A stretch of DNA of 64,000 bases from positions 22,552 to 86,551 of the forward strand of contig JANOAV010000124.1 of the NCBI GenBank assembly GCA_031411295.1. The letters run 5' to 3'. This document shows, piece after piece, positions 49,601 through 58,831 of this stretch. This stretch comes from Verrucomicrobiales bacterium. GTDB taxonomy: Bacteria; Verrucomicrobiota; Verrucomicrobiia; Verrucomicrobiales; V1-33. How positions within the stretch are numbered: the stretch's first letter is position 1; every line of letters starts with the position of its first letter. Below the pieces are notes generated by a model, which was not told where the DNA came from, made no database searches, and saw only the letters and a program-made list of their open reading frames with translations. The position numbers were made by a program, and so were the translations under genes.

Positions 49601-51695
49601 TCTTCCCGATGATTTCCAAGGTGTGCTGTTGAAGAGCACCTATTACACTAGCCAAGTGCAATTGTATCGGCTGCACGATGCGGGGTCGGGCTTTAGTAGT
49701 GAGGAAATGGGTGACCTCATGTCCGGCAGCAACGAGTTTCGCCCCGTGGAAACAAGGGTGGGGCCGGATGGCGCACTGTATGTCTGCGATTGGTTGAATC
49801 CGGTGATTGGTCACTATCAAGCCAGCTATCGGGATCCTCGGCGCGACCGTTCCCACGGTCGCATCTGGCGCGTCACAGCCAAGGATCGGCCGTTAGTGCC
49901 GAAACCCGCGTTAGGAGAAATGTCGGCGGAGCAATTGATTGGCAGACTGACTTCCAAAGAACGCTGGGAGCGTGATGCCGCCAAGTTCACCCTGTTCCGC
50001 ATGGCCGCAGCCAAGGTGATCCCAGCCGCACAAGCTGCCGTGTTGCCCAAAGGTGGACCAGATGAGCTGCGCTTACTTTATGAATTGAGTGGAGTGTTAG
50101 CCGCGCATGAAGTGGCGTCCGCTCCCATCATCGAACGATTGCTGGCATCCGATGATTTCCGGTATCGGGCTTGGGCGATTCGTTTAGTGGGGGTCTGGGC
50201 CTCCCAGTTGGACGATCCGCTGAGTTTGTTGCGCAAGGCAATGCAGGATGCGCATCCACGCGTGCGCCTCGAAGCCATCGTGGCGTGTGCTTGGATGCCA
50301 CCAGCGTTTGGGGCTGAAGCCGTGAAGGTGGCCACGCTGGCGATGGATCAACCCATGGATGCCCCACTCAATTATTCCCTAACCCAATGCATCCATGCTC
50401 TGGCCCCCCATTGGAAAGCGGCCCTGGACCAAGGTAAGCTCGATTTTGCCGATCGCTTTCATGCGTTAGCTAAACTTCTCACGACGGTGGGAGATCAAAG
50501 CATCACCAAGCGGGTGCGTGACTTGCTGGCAGCTGGAAACCTTGCGGCCAACGCCCGGGACAGTTTGCTCGCGGTGCTCATTGAGTATGGCACGCCGCAG
50601 GACGCGGACTTTGCCATCGAGCAGGCACCCGATTCCGCAGCCGTCATGGATGCCCTCGTGGCCAGGGCCTGGCAGCAGCCTGAATCCAACTATGGCGGCG
50701 GTTTGACGCGACTGCTGGACAGCCCGCATCGGGCCGCTCATCTGGCCGCGTGCCGCATGGTGGCTGCCTCCGGTAAAGATTGGGGCACGGCGGCAAAAAT
50801 CACTAAGTTGATGGCCAATACCAACGCCACTCCCGAAGAACGCGCGGCGGCCATTTTTGCCGTGGCCAAAATGCGTGGGCGAGACGCTTTGCCGGAACTG
50901 CTGGTCTTTGCCGATGCCACGGATCCGACCCTGCGGACTGCGGCCCTCACCGCCTGCGCTCCCTTTGATCCCGCTGCGGTGGCCTCGCGTTGTGCTCAAT
51001 TGCTGGGCCAAGCAACCGCCGCCGCTGACATCGCCCCCTTGCTCACCCCGATGCTCAACCAAAAGAACGGTGCCACTGTGCTGGCTCAGGCGCTAACCTC
51101 CAACAAACCCTCCGCAGAAGCGGCAAAGCTCGCTCTGCAATGGATGGGGCAGGTGGGTCGGGATGATGCCCCGCTGCGCAAGGCGCTGAACGCCGCGGCC
51201 GGCATCACCAGCATGACACCCGATTACAGCGAAGCCTTGGTCAAACAATTAGTGTTAGCCGTGACCAGCAAGGGCGACAGCAAGGCCGGAGCGACCCTGT
51301 TCAAAGCCGCGCAGACCACCTGCATGGCGTGCCATAAGCTTGGTCAGGAAGGCGGCATCCTTGGACCAGACCTCACAGCGATCGGCCGGGCCATGACTCC
51401 CGAAATGATCGTTGAATCCGTCCTGTGGCCTAAGCGACAAGTGAAAGAAGGATTCATGCTGACGCAGATCACCACGAAGTCAGGCGAAACGCACCAAGGC
51501 TACAAAGCGAATGAAACCCCAACCACCGTCACGCTTAAGGATGTCACCGGTGCCCCCATGCAACCGATTTCCAAAGCCTCCATCTCCACCCGCTCCGACA
51601 CGGGAACCTTAATGCCAGAAGGCCTCACTGCCTGGATGAACGAGCAGCAGCAGCTTGATTTGCTGCGCTTTCTTTTCCAGTTGGGGAAAGAGTAG
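46662..51695 (+). CDS. PVC-type heme-binding CxxCH protein with two DUF1080 domains, an SGNH-like domain, a beta-propeller and HEAT repeats
   Basis: two LFDGK..GW domains; TRDGLH; LEDTDGDGKAD, WGPDG, GPDGALYVCDW, RDRSHGRIWR; CMACH..GPDL..LMPEGL. Confidence 0.88.
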   Translation: MRLPHSLLGLTAIIFLSIDAGAAPVPLFDGKTFNGWEGDKETVWHIEDGALRAGSLTQKQEKNNFLATVKEYGNFELTLKWKLEGTEGFVNGGVQFHSKRVPNHWEVSGYQADLGAGYDGALYDESRRNKVLVQPTKDLLEKARKPVGEWNDYKIRAEGRHLQIWLNGVQTVDYTEPDAAIPLKGIIAVQIHGDATSVVRYKDLMIEELAAAKPTEVAGKPMALFDGKSLDGWTGTEKARWRVEDGTITFGGTGTVPPVENWLASTREFANFDLTFQAKEDGTVGTGMFFRSVVVPGQWIIGWQIDVGQSYDGGLFRAGPNSGKIAYPDKGLVERTIKPGEWNRYRVRAEGRHLQTWLNGVVMADYQDRAKDWRRSGVLALEMSNYGTGQAQFKDLQITELPATEEAAALAEGPASRITDQLPPSRKLLPYGDRKFTLEKEEVVVFVGSENMVLEQRSGWLEAALATQWKSVNPRFRHMSWEGDSVFRQNRMMEWGSWPTNLEAAGATAVVAWFGQVEAMDATKSVEDFAKAYGTLLDEFAKRTPRIVIVSPPLFEKPVDPRVPDNTKLNDRVRQLSIAAGKLASERGLVFVDLTSLDRGGKPLTRDGLHFSEAGLAVVGKAVVAALGVKSEASEPLRLAIVEKNRLWFDTWRCMNWAFAFGDRTTQPFAKGAGEEPAFVEELKKHQPLLAQAEATVFALANGTPRPESTVTTPPRADPPALTPAEEMANFKLRDGFAVNLFADESLGVIRPIQIRWDTRGRLWVACTPAYPQLQPGEHAHDYILILEDTDGDGKADQSSRYAEHLTMPMGFEFAAQEAGGGLYVCESTQLVHLPDRNGDDKADGHEIVLSGFGTGDTHQDANSLRWGPDGCLWFTQGYHIWSYVETPYGLAELNRSGVWRFNPRTLRLDSFLNESTAGLNCWGTAWDDYGQIFHGSGADTQIWFTTPAIIPTLHVLALPTGMAGSRGKSMEPEFLSSSHLPDDFQGVLLKSTYYTSQVQLYRLHDAGSGFSSEEMGDLMSGSNEFRPVETRVGPDGALYVCDWLNPVIGHYQASYRDPRRDRSHGRIWRVTAKDRPLVPKPALGEMSAEQLIGRLTSKERWERDAAKFTLFRMAAAKVIPAAQAAVLPKGGPDELRLLYELSGVLAAHEVASAPIIERLLASDDFRYRAWAIRLVGVWASQLDDPLSLLRKAMQDAHPRVRLEAIVACAWMPPAFGAEAVKVATLAMDQPMDAPLNYSLTQCIHALAPHWKAALDQGKLDFADRFHALAKLLTTVGDQSITKRVRDLLAAGNLAANARDSLLAVLIEYGTPQDADFAIEQAPDSAAVMDALVARAWQQPESNYGGGLTRLLDSPHRAAHLAACRMVAASGKDWGTAAKITKLMANTNATPEERAAAIFAVAKMRGRDALPELLVFADATDPTLRTAALTACAPFDPAAVASRCAQLLGQATAAADIAPLLTPMLNQKNGATVLAQALTSNKPSAEAAKLALQWMGQVGRDDAPLRKALNAAAGITSMTPDYSEALVKQLVLAVTSKGDSKAGATLFKAAQTTCMACHKLGQEGGILGPDLTAIGRAMTPEMIVESVLWPKRQVKEGFMLTQITTKSGETHQGYKANETPTTVTLKDVTGAPMQPISKASISTRSDTGTLMPEGLTAWMNEQQQLDLLRFLFQLGKE

Positions 51696-51923
51696 GCTTG
51701 CCCGGGCGGAAATAAACTCCAGAAAAAGCGTAACCAAGATCAAGTTCTGGTATATGCAGGATATGACCTTTGATTTTGCGCGTGAAATTACCTCCAGCCA
51801 GCGGCGCTGTAAGGCTACATTTTGTGGGTTTGACAAAGTAGCATAAAATCCAGGGTGCCGCTACGCGACAACCCGTAGCTATGGTCTTTTTATTTCTGGA
51901 AGATGGGATGATTGGTGCTCCGC

Positions 51924-53003
51924 TCACCTTTTCGCTGGCCCGATCGTGCCGCCGAGGATGAACTCCGCTGAGAAGACCACCTGGCGCACGTCGGGCTGAT
52001 GCTGGCTCACTGCATTGGCCCACTGCACGATGCGGCGGACCATCGGCTCGATGCGCCAAGCGATGTGTGCGATCGGCCTCCGGCACCATTGGAAACAGGC
52101 ATCGGGATCCAGGTTGACCAGCGAGACCTCCTCCGGCACCCGCAGCTGGCGCTCCGCAAGAAACTGCTGCGCGGCGATGGCGATGTGGGTTTCGTCCAGG
52201 AACAGCGCCGTGGGTGGCGTGCTGTGAAAGAGCGCGGTGAAAAGCGTGTGCAGGCCCGCCGGGGTCTCCTCCCAGTCCGGGAAGACGAATCCCTCCGTCG
52301 CCGCACAGCCGTGCGCGGCCAGTTCCGCGAGCAGAGGGCGCAGGACGGGCGACAGCTCCGGCAGCCGGTGGACCCGGCGAAAGAGATAGACGATGCGCCG
52401 GTGGCCGAGGGCGATGAGCCGGCGCGTGGCTGCGAGCATTGCGGGCGATTTGTCCAGCCCCACGCTGGCCAGGGGCAATCCTTGACGGCGTCCGGAGATC
52501 GCCAGGACCGGCAGCGGCTGCGCGGCGAACCACTCCAGCACCAGGCGCGACCCGGAGCTGACCACCCAGGCGTCGGCCCGTGCCCCCGCCACATAGCGGG
52601 CGATGCGGTTCACGTCGTGGTCCAGGCCGCACTGCGTTTTCTGGGAAAAAAAAAGGGTGAACCCCGCCATTTCCAGCGCGTGCTGGAGACCGAGGAAAAG
52701 CTGCACGCTCTGGCCGGTATCCTCGATCAGGGGTTCGAAAAGCAGGATACCGATCCGCAGCGGGCGTTTCCGGCGGGAGGCACGCGCGGACACGTGGCGG
52801 CTGCGGCCATTCGCGCCCATCTGCACGAGGCCTTCCGCCTCTACGATGCGCAGCGCCGCGCGGAGTGTGTTGATGGAGATGCCTAGCTCCGTGGCCAGCA
52901 GAACTGCGCCGGGGAGCTGTCCCCGCCAGCGTCCGCTCCGCAGTCCCTCTCGGAGGTGTTCGGTGGTTTGTTCGACTACGGAGATGCGGCGAAAGGTGCT
53001 CAT
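51924..53003 (-). CDS. transcriptional regulator: GntR-type wHTH plus LacI-type periplasmic-binding-fold sensor domain
   Basis: LPGAVLLATELGISINTLRAAL..EAEGL; LIALGHRRI; PPTAL; LRVPEEVSLV. Confidence 0.85.
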   Translation of the reverse strand: MSTFRRISVVEQTTEHLREGLRSGRWRGQLPGAVLLATELGISINTLRAALRIVEAEGLVQMGANGRSRHVSARASRRKRPLRIGILLFEPLIEDTGQSVQLFLGLQHALEMAGFTLFFSQKTQCGLDHDVNRIARYVAGARADAWVVSSGSRLVLEWFAAQPLPVLAISGRRQGLPLASVGLDKSPAMLAATRRLIALGHRRIVYLFRRVHRLPELSPVLRPLLAELAAHGCAATEGFVFPDWEETPAGLHTLFTALFHSTPPTALFLDETHIAIAAQQFLAERQLRVPEEVSLVNLDPDACFQWCRRPIAHIAWRIEPMVRRIVQWANAVSQHQPDVRQVVFSAEFILGGTIGPAKR

Positions 53004-53012
53004 AACGCTGAT

Positions 53013-53050
53013 TGTAATGATGGATCAAAGTTTGATCTACCAGGATTACA
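53013..53050. promoter_or_regulatory. palindromic candidate operator between the regulator and the adhesin
   Basis: GATCAAA-G-TTTGATC core flanked by TGTAAT...ATTACA. Confidence 0.6.
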
Positions 53051-53198
53051 AAAAAGATTTGTGGAGACGGCTGTATTCGTTGAGAAGGCTAATGTGACCA
53101 GTCCCGCACCAGAAACTTTTCACATGTCCCTACTTTTTTGAGAGATTTGAGAAGGAGAGGCGTTGCAACAAACACTTCAAGAAAACTTCCAAAACACT

Positions 53199-56100
53199 AT
53201 GCACTTTGTTCTGAAATCCAAATCCTCCCTCCGCGACGCCATCTTGGTCGGCCCCATCGCCGCACTGCTCACCCTCGCCGCGCTGTTTGTTGGCCTCGCC
53301 GCTTTCTGCACCAGCCGCGCCAGGGCACAGACCATTGGCTTTACAGCCAATGCGTTCACCGGTGATGCCGACAGCGGGATCAGCGCCAGCAACACCTACA
53401 CCATCAAAGCCAACATCATCGGGGGCAATGTCACCATCAATGGCGTGACTTTCATCGGCAGCGGAAGTGACACATTCGGAACGGGCTGGTCTCTTACCGG
53501 CACGGGACAAACGTTCGGCGGTGGGGGCATCCACGAATTCGGCGGAACCGCCGTCTCCGGCCTCTTCGATGGTTTCCGGTATGACGGAAATCCCGGCGTG
53601 ATGACCTTGAGCGGCCTGACCGTGGGCCAGGCTTACACGACCACGTTCTACAATCAGGCGTGGGAGTTTCCGGGGACGCGACTGGGTAACGTGACTGCGG
53701 GAACGGACAGCATCTCGTATAATCAGGACATGGCGCCCGGCAGCCTCTTGAGCTACACGTTCGTCGCGTCCGCCACCACGCAGGCCATCAACTTTACTCC
53801 TACCGCGGGCGGCACGTTCCACTTTTACGGGTTCAGCAATCAGGATCAGCTCTCGAACACGCTCACGCTGGCCAGCGGCGGGACGCTGACCCTGAACGAA
53901 AGCAGCACCACCACCAACCCGATCAGTCTCTCGGGCGCGGGCACCCACACGATCGCGGTTTCGACGGGCAACACCCCCACGCTGTCCGGCGTGATCAGCG
54001 GCAGCGGCGACCTGACGAAGCAGGATGCTGGCACCCTAACGCTCTCCGGCGCGAACACTTACGCCGGCGTGACGACGCTCGCGGGCGGCGTGCTCAATGT
54101 TGCTACCTTCTCCGACTACGGTGTCGCAGGCGGTCTCGGCAACCGCGCTGTAGGCGGTGACGGCAGCCAGAATGTTGGCATCCTCTTTCAAGGCGGCACC
54201 CTGCAATACACCGGTTCCACCGCGCAGAGCACCAACCGCGCGATTCGCATCAGCACGGTCGGAGGCGGCGCGACGATTGACGCCTCGGGCAGCAACCCTG
54301 CGGCCACCCTAAGCTTCACCGCCACGTCCTCGCCAGACTTCTTTGAAAACGGCGGCAACCGCACCCTGACACTCACCGGCAGCAACACGGGCGCGAACAC
54401 TTTTGCCATGGCCATCGCCGAAGCAGGCGGCACGACCACGGTCGTCAAAAACGGCGTGGGCACTTGGGTTCTCTCCGGCGCGAACACTTATGGCGGCGTG
54501 ACCTACGTCAACGCCGGCATGCTGGTGGTGGCGAACAGCTCGGCTCTCGGGCAGAGCGGTTGGAGCGGCGCCAATATGACGTGGGTTTATGATGGGGCCA
54601 CACTGGCCCTTCAAGGGGGTGTCAGCATCGCCGATCACATGCACGTGTTCGGTGCCGGCGTCGGCGGACTCGGCGCAATCCGCAGCCTCAGCGGCAACAA
54701 CGAGCTGCCCATGACGCAAGGCAATAGTGGAAGCGGCCCCGGTTTCTCAATCGATTCCAACACCACCGTCGGCGTGGACGCCGGCAGCCTCACACTCACC
54801 GGTTTCTACGAGACTGGTGGTTCGTTTGTCCTCACCAAAGTCGGTGCGGGCACGCTGGTATTTAGCCAATACAACACCCACACCGGCGGGACCACCGTGA
54901 ACGGCGGCACCTTGCAGATCAACAACGCCACAGCGCTTAACAGCGGCGCGCTGACTCTCGCCGCCGGGACGCAGTTCACACTCAACACGAGCGGCACGAC
55001 GGCAAACGCGATTTACCTCTCAGGCGCGGGCCCACACACGATCGCGGTTTCGACGGGCAACACCTTCACGCTGTCCGGCGTGATCAGCGGAATCGGCGGC
55101 CTGACGAAGCAGGATGCTGGCACCCTTACACTCTCTAACGCGAACACCTACACCGGCGCGACGATCGTCAACGCCGCTACGATGGAACTTACCAATACCA
55201 CCAATGGCGCCGTCGGAACGCTCGCAGTCGGCAGCAGCATCACCGTGAACTCCGGCGGCACCCTGCTGGGCAGCGGATTTAACGCGCTGGGTCACAGCAG
55301 CGACCACGCCGGCGATTTGCTGACGATTAACAAGGGCGGCACGCTCTTGGTCGGTGCCGGGACCGTGTTGTCCATGCCTTACGAGCTGAACGTCGTCGGC
55401 GGGACGATCGCATCCGTGGACGGCGGCTTCCCGGGCTTGGGGACCATCTACTACGCGTCAACGTCGGGCACGTTCACGTCGGCCATCGACGGAACAGCCG
55501 CCACGATCAGCACGCAAAACTTCAATCTTGTAGGCGCGCAATTCAACGTCGTTCAAGGAGGCGGCGCGGTGGACCTGAATGTCACCGGGAATCTGATCGG
55601 TGGCCCTTTGACCAAAAACGGCAACGGCACGATGGTCCTTTCCGGCGCGAACACCTACACCGGTGGGACGACCGTCAGCGGCGGGACGTTGCAAATCGGC
55701 GGCGCGGGATCATTGGGATCCGGCAACCATGCTGGAGCCATCTCCATCGATACCGGAGCGAACTTGAAATACAGCAGCAGCGCTCCACAGACCTTTTCCG
55801 GTGTGATTAGCGGTGCTGGCTCGCTGACCAAGGATACCAGCAGCCGCACCCTGAATCTCAGCGGCGGCAATACCTACAGCGGCGGCACAAACATCACCAA
55901 CGGCAACATCATGACGGATGCAAGCAACGCGATCGGCAGCGGTGCGGTGACCGTGGCGAGCGACGCCAACTGGATCCTGTCGGCCAATGGCCAGACGCAC
56001 ACGATCGCCGGACTCTCCGGCGCTGGAAATGTCACGCGATTGAATCAAACCAGCCTCGGAGCAGCCACCGGGGCCGATGGTGCCTCCCAGATTTCCACCG

Positions 56101-58604
56101 CCAAAAACTACCTGCAGTTGCTGGACTTCGGCAATGCCGCCGGCGCGACGGTCAACGGCGTCGCCTTCCAAAACGTGTCTTCTAACAGCGGCCCCAACTG
56201 GAATCTCACCGGCGCGACCGCGCAATTTTTTGCTGATGCCGGCAGCGGCTATGCCCAATTGATGAGTGACTTTCTGTATAATGGGACTCCCGGAGTTCTG
56301 ACCTTCAGCAACCTCACGGTGGGCAAGACCTACCAAGCGATGCTTTACACCCAGGTGGGCGTGTGGGGCAATCGTCCGCAGGACGGGACGTTTACGAATG
56401 GCGCAAACACCCAAGCACTGAGCTTTGACCCCGTAAACGTGGGCTACGTCGCCTACAGTTTCACCGCCACGGATCCTACCGCGACGATCAGCATGGCTCC
56501 GCAACTTCCAAACAGCACCTTCCACTGGTTTGGTGCTTCCTTGGAAGACCAGGGAACCCAGACCGGGGCGGCCAGCACGATCACGGTCGGTGATGCCAAT
56601 AACTACACCTTCTCCGGCGTGCTCAGCGGGAATCTCTCCTTGATAAAGCAAGGCACCGGCGTGCAGACGCTCTCCGGCGCGAACACCTACACCGGCACGA
56701 CCACGATCAGCGGCGGCACGTTGCAAATTGCCGGCAGCGGTTCGCTGGGCAACGGCAATTACGCTGGCAACATTGTTAACACCGCGTCCTTGGCCGTCGC
56801 CACGTCGGCCGATCAAACCCTCAGCGGGGTCATCTCCGGCACCAACGGAACCCTGACGAAGTCGGGCGCGGGCACGCTGACGCTTTCCGCCGCCAACACC
56901 TACACCGGCGCCACGGCCATCAATGGCGGCACGCTGAAACTGGCGGGCCGATCGCTCGTCACGCCCAGCGCAGTGATTGCCGAGAGCGCATACACGCCAG
57001 ATGACCGCGCAGCCGTCCATACCATTGACGGCACGGGCATGACTCCTGGATCACCGGTCACGGTTGCCGGCTACAATGGCGCCACGACAACGTCCGCCAG
57101 CGGCAACAGCCCGGGCGGCACCATGTGGCTGAGCAACGGCAATACACCCTCATGGATCACCTTCGATCTGGGCAGCACCCAGACCATCAACGGATTCCAC
57201 CTGTGGAACTACAACGAAGCAGCCTTCAATCTTTTCAGCCGGGGCGTGAATAGCGCCAGCCTCTACACGCAAAACTCTCTGACGGGCGATACGAATCTCG
57301 GCACGCTGATTCAAAACATGACCTTCACCCAAGCGACTGGGTTGACGATCGATACTGGTGCCGATTACACCTTCAGCTCGCAGGTCACGGCGCGATATAT
57401 TGAAATATTCGCCAACACTCACTTTGCCAACGGCACCTTTCCCGGCGATAACTACATCGGTCTTTCCGAGATCCGCTTCCAGCAGATCATCAATAACCTT
57501 CTGCCCACCGCCACGGCGCTGACGATCGGCAGCGGGGCGACGCTGGACCTGAACAGCGCGAGCCAGACGGTCGGCTCACTGGCCGATGGCACGGGCGGCG
57601 GCAGCATCACCAACACCGGCGCGACCGCTAGCACGCTGACCCTCAACCCCGCCAGCGGCAGCACCAGCTTCAGCGGCGTGATCGGCGGCGGAAGCGGCGC
57701 GATCAGCCTGGTGAAGTCCGGTGCCGGCACGCAGATTCTCACCGGTGCGAACACCTACACTGGTGCCACCCTCATTTCCGGAGGGACGCTCATGTTGGGC
57801 AATGGCGGCACCACAGGGTCCCTCTCGTCCAGCAGCAACATCACGAACAACGGCACGCTCAACTTCAATCGTTCCAACGCCATCGTTCAAGGCACCGACT
57901 TCGGCAGCATTATCACCCCCTCCTCCGGCAAGCTCGTTCAATCTGGCGCAGGCATGACCAAACTCACTGCCGCGAATGACTTCAGTGGGAATACCGAGGT
58001 CACGTTCGGGATCCTGGAATTGGGGGCCGCCGATGCACTCAAGAGCACGGCCAATGTCAACGTCACCGGCGGAACATTGTTACTCAGCGGATCAGGGAAC
58101 CGCATCAACGACAGTGCAGGCATCAAAGTCAGCACCAACAGCATCACCGTGCCCGCAATGACCTTCAGTGGAAATGTCACGGAAAGCATGGGCGCACTCA
58201 CCCTGAATGGTGCCGGCACTAGTGTCATCGATCTTGGAGCCGGAACCTCTAGTATCACCTTTGCCGATACCGGCACTTGGACGGGAGTGCTGGCGGTGTG
58301 GAATTACACTGGCGGAATCTGGGATGCGGCCAGTGGGGACAAACTATTCTTCACGGCCAACTCCGGATTGGTGGCTCCGTTGACGCAGGTCCATTTCTAT
58401 AGCAACAATGGGGTTACCGAAATTGGAACCGGCGGCGGTTTCTTCTCCGGGTCCACGGGCCAGCTCGTGCCGGTGCCTGAGTCCAGCGCACTGGGTGCCT
58501 GTGGTGCGCTGCTAGGCTTCCTCGGTTTCCGCCACCGCCGTTCCGCCGTGCAACAACGCAAATTAGCTGAAGCCAGTGCGGTGGCAGCGCCCCAGCGGAA
58601 TTGA
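53199..58604 (+). CDS. large surface protein with autotransporter-associated beta-strand repeats, inserted lectin-like domains and a PEP-CTERM-like tail
   Basis: repeated LTK.G.GTL.LSGANTY.G.T.I.GGTL; WITFDLG..LWNYN..ARYI..GLSEIRF discoidin-like domain; ends VPVPESS-TM-RHRR. Confidence 0.9.
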   Translation: MHFVLKSKSSLRDAILVGPIAALLTLAALFVGLAAFCTSRARAQTIGFTANAFTGDADSGISASNTYTIKANIIGGNVTINGVTFIGSGSDTFGTGWSLTGTGQTFGGGGIHEFGGTAVSGLFDGFRYDGNPGVMTLSGLTVGQAYTTTFYNQAWEFPGTRLGNVTAGTDSISYNQDMAPGSLLSYTFVASATTQAINFTPTAGGTFHFYGFSNQDQLSNTLTLASGGTLTLNESSTTTNPISLSGAGTHTIAVSTGNTPTLSGVISGSGDLTKQDAGTLTLSGANTYAGVTTLAGGVLNVATFSDYGVAGGLGNRAVGGDGSQNVGILFQGGTLQYTGSTAQSTNRAIRISTVGGGATIDASGSNPAATLSFTATSSPDFFENGGNRTLTLTGSNTGANTFAMAIAEAGGTTTVVKNGVGTWVLSGANTYGGVTYVNAGMLVVANSSALGQSGWSGANMTWVYDGATLALQGGVSIADHMHVFGAGVGGLGAIRSLSGNNELPMTQGNSGSGPGFSIDSNTTVGVDAGSLTLTGFYETGGSFVLTKVGAGTLVFSQYNTHTGGTTVNGGTLQINNATALNSGALTLAAGTQFTLNTSGTTANAIYLSGAGPHTIAVSTGNTFTLSGVISGIGGLTKQDAGTLTLSNANTYTGATIVNAATMELTNTTNGAVGTLAVGSSITVNSGGTLLGSGFNALGHSSDHAGDLLTINKGGTLLVGAGTVLSMPYELNVVGGTIASVDGGFPGLGTIYYASTSGTFTSAIDGTAATISTQNFNLVGAQFNVVQGGGAVDLNVTGNLIGGPLTKNGNGTMVLSGANTYTGGTTVSGGTLQIGGAGSLGSGNHAGAISIDTGANLKYSSSAPQTFSGVISGAGSLTKDTSSRTLNLSGGNTYSGGTNITNGNIMTDASNAIGSGAVTVASDANWILSANGQTHTIAGLSGAGNVTRLNQTSLGAATGADGASQISTAKNYLQLLDFGNAAGATVNGVAFQNVSSNSGPNWNLTGATAQFFADAGSGYAQLMSDFLYNGTPGVLTFSNLTVGKTYQAMLYTQVGVWGNRPQDGTFTNGANTQALSFDPVNVGYVAYSFTATDPTATISMAPQLPNSTFHWFGASLEDQGTQTGAASTITVGDANNYTFSGVLSGNLSLIKQGTGVQTLSGANTYTGTTTISGGTLQIAGSGSLGNGNYAGNIVNTASLAVATSADQTLSGVISGTNGTLTKSGAGTLTLSAANTYTGATAINGGTLKLAGRSLVTPSAVIAESAYTPDDRAAVHTIDGTGMTPGSPVTVAGYNGATTTSASGNSPGGTMWLSNGNTPSWITFDLGSTQTINGFHLWNYNEAAFNLFSRGVNSASLYTQNSLTGDTNLGTLIQNMTFTQATGLTIDTGADYTFSSQVTARYIEIFANTHFANGTFPGDNYIGLSEIRFQQIINNLLPTATALTIGSGATLDLNSASQTVGSLADGTGGGSITNTGATASTLTLNPASGSTSFSGVIGGGSGAISLVKSGAGTQILTGANTYTGATLISGGTLMLGNGGTTGSLSSSSNITNNGTLNFNRSNAIVQGTDFGSIITPSSGKLVQSGAGMTKLTAANDFSGNTEVTFGILELGAADALKSTANVNVTGGTLLLSGSGNRINDSAGIKVSTNSITVPAMTFSGNVTESMGALTLNGAGTSVIDLGAGTSSITFADTGTWTGVLAVWNYTGGIWDAASGDKLFFTANSGLVAPLTQVHFYSNNGVTEIGTGGGFFSGSTGQLVPVPESSALGACGALLGFLGFRHRRSAVQQRKLAEASAVAAPQRN

Positions 58605-58831
58605 GTCACTTTGGAAAATGTGTCTGGGGATGAGGATCCCTGTAAAAGCAACGGTGGCAGATGGGGATTTGCCAGCGTTGACCAGCAGACCGGAACGCCG
58701 CTTGGTTGGGGAATCAGGCGGAGTTCGCTTTGGGTGGAGGCCCCCGCGTTCCAGGAAGACCTTAAGCGCTTTTAGTCCGTGCATACCTCCGTCCAGAGGG
58801 TCAGGATTAATCTCTCTAATCACTCTGCGCC

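Noticed and set aside
51625..53028. 467-aa alternative-frame ORF overlapping the regulator
   Set aside because: Arg/Pro/Gly-rich off-frame product of very GC-rich DNA
53199..58604. Classical type V autotransporter
   Set aside because: No C-terminal beta-barrel; it ends in a PEP-CTERM-like tail
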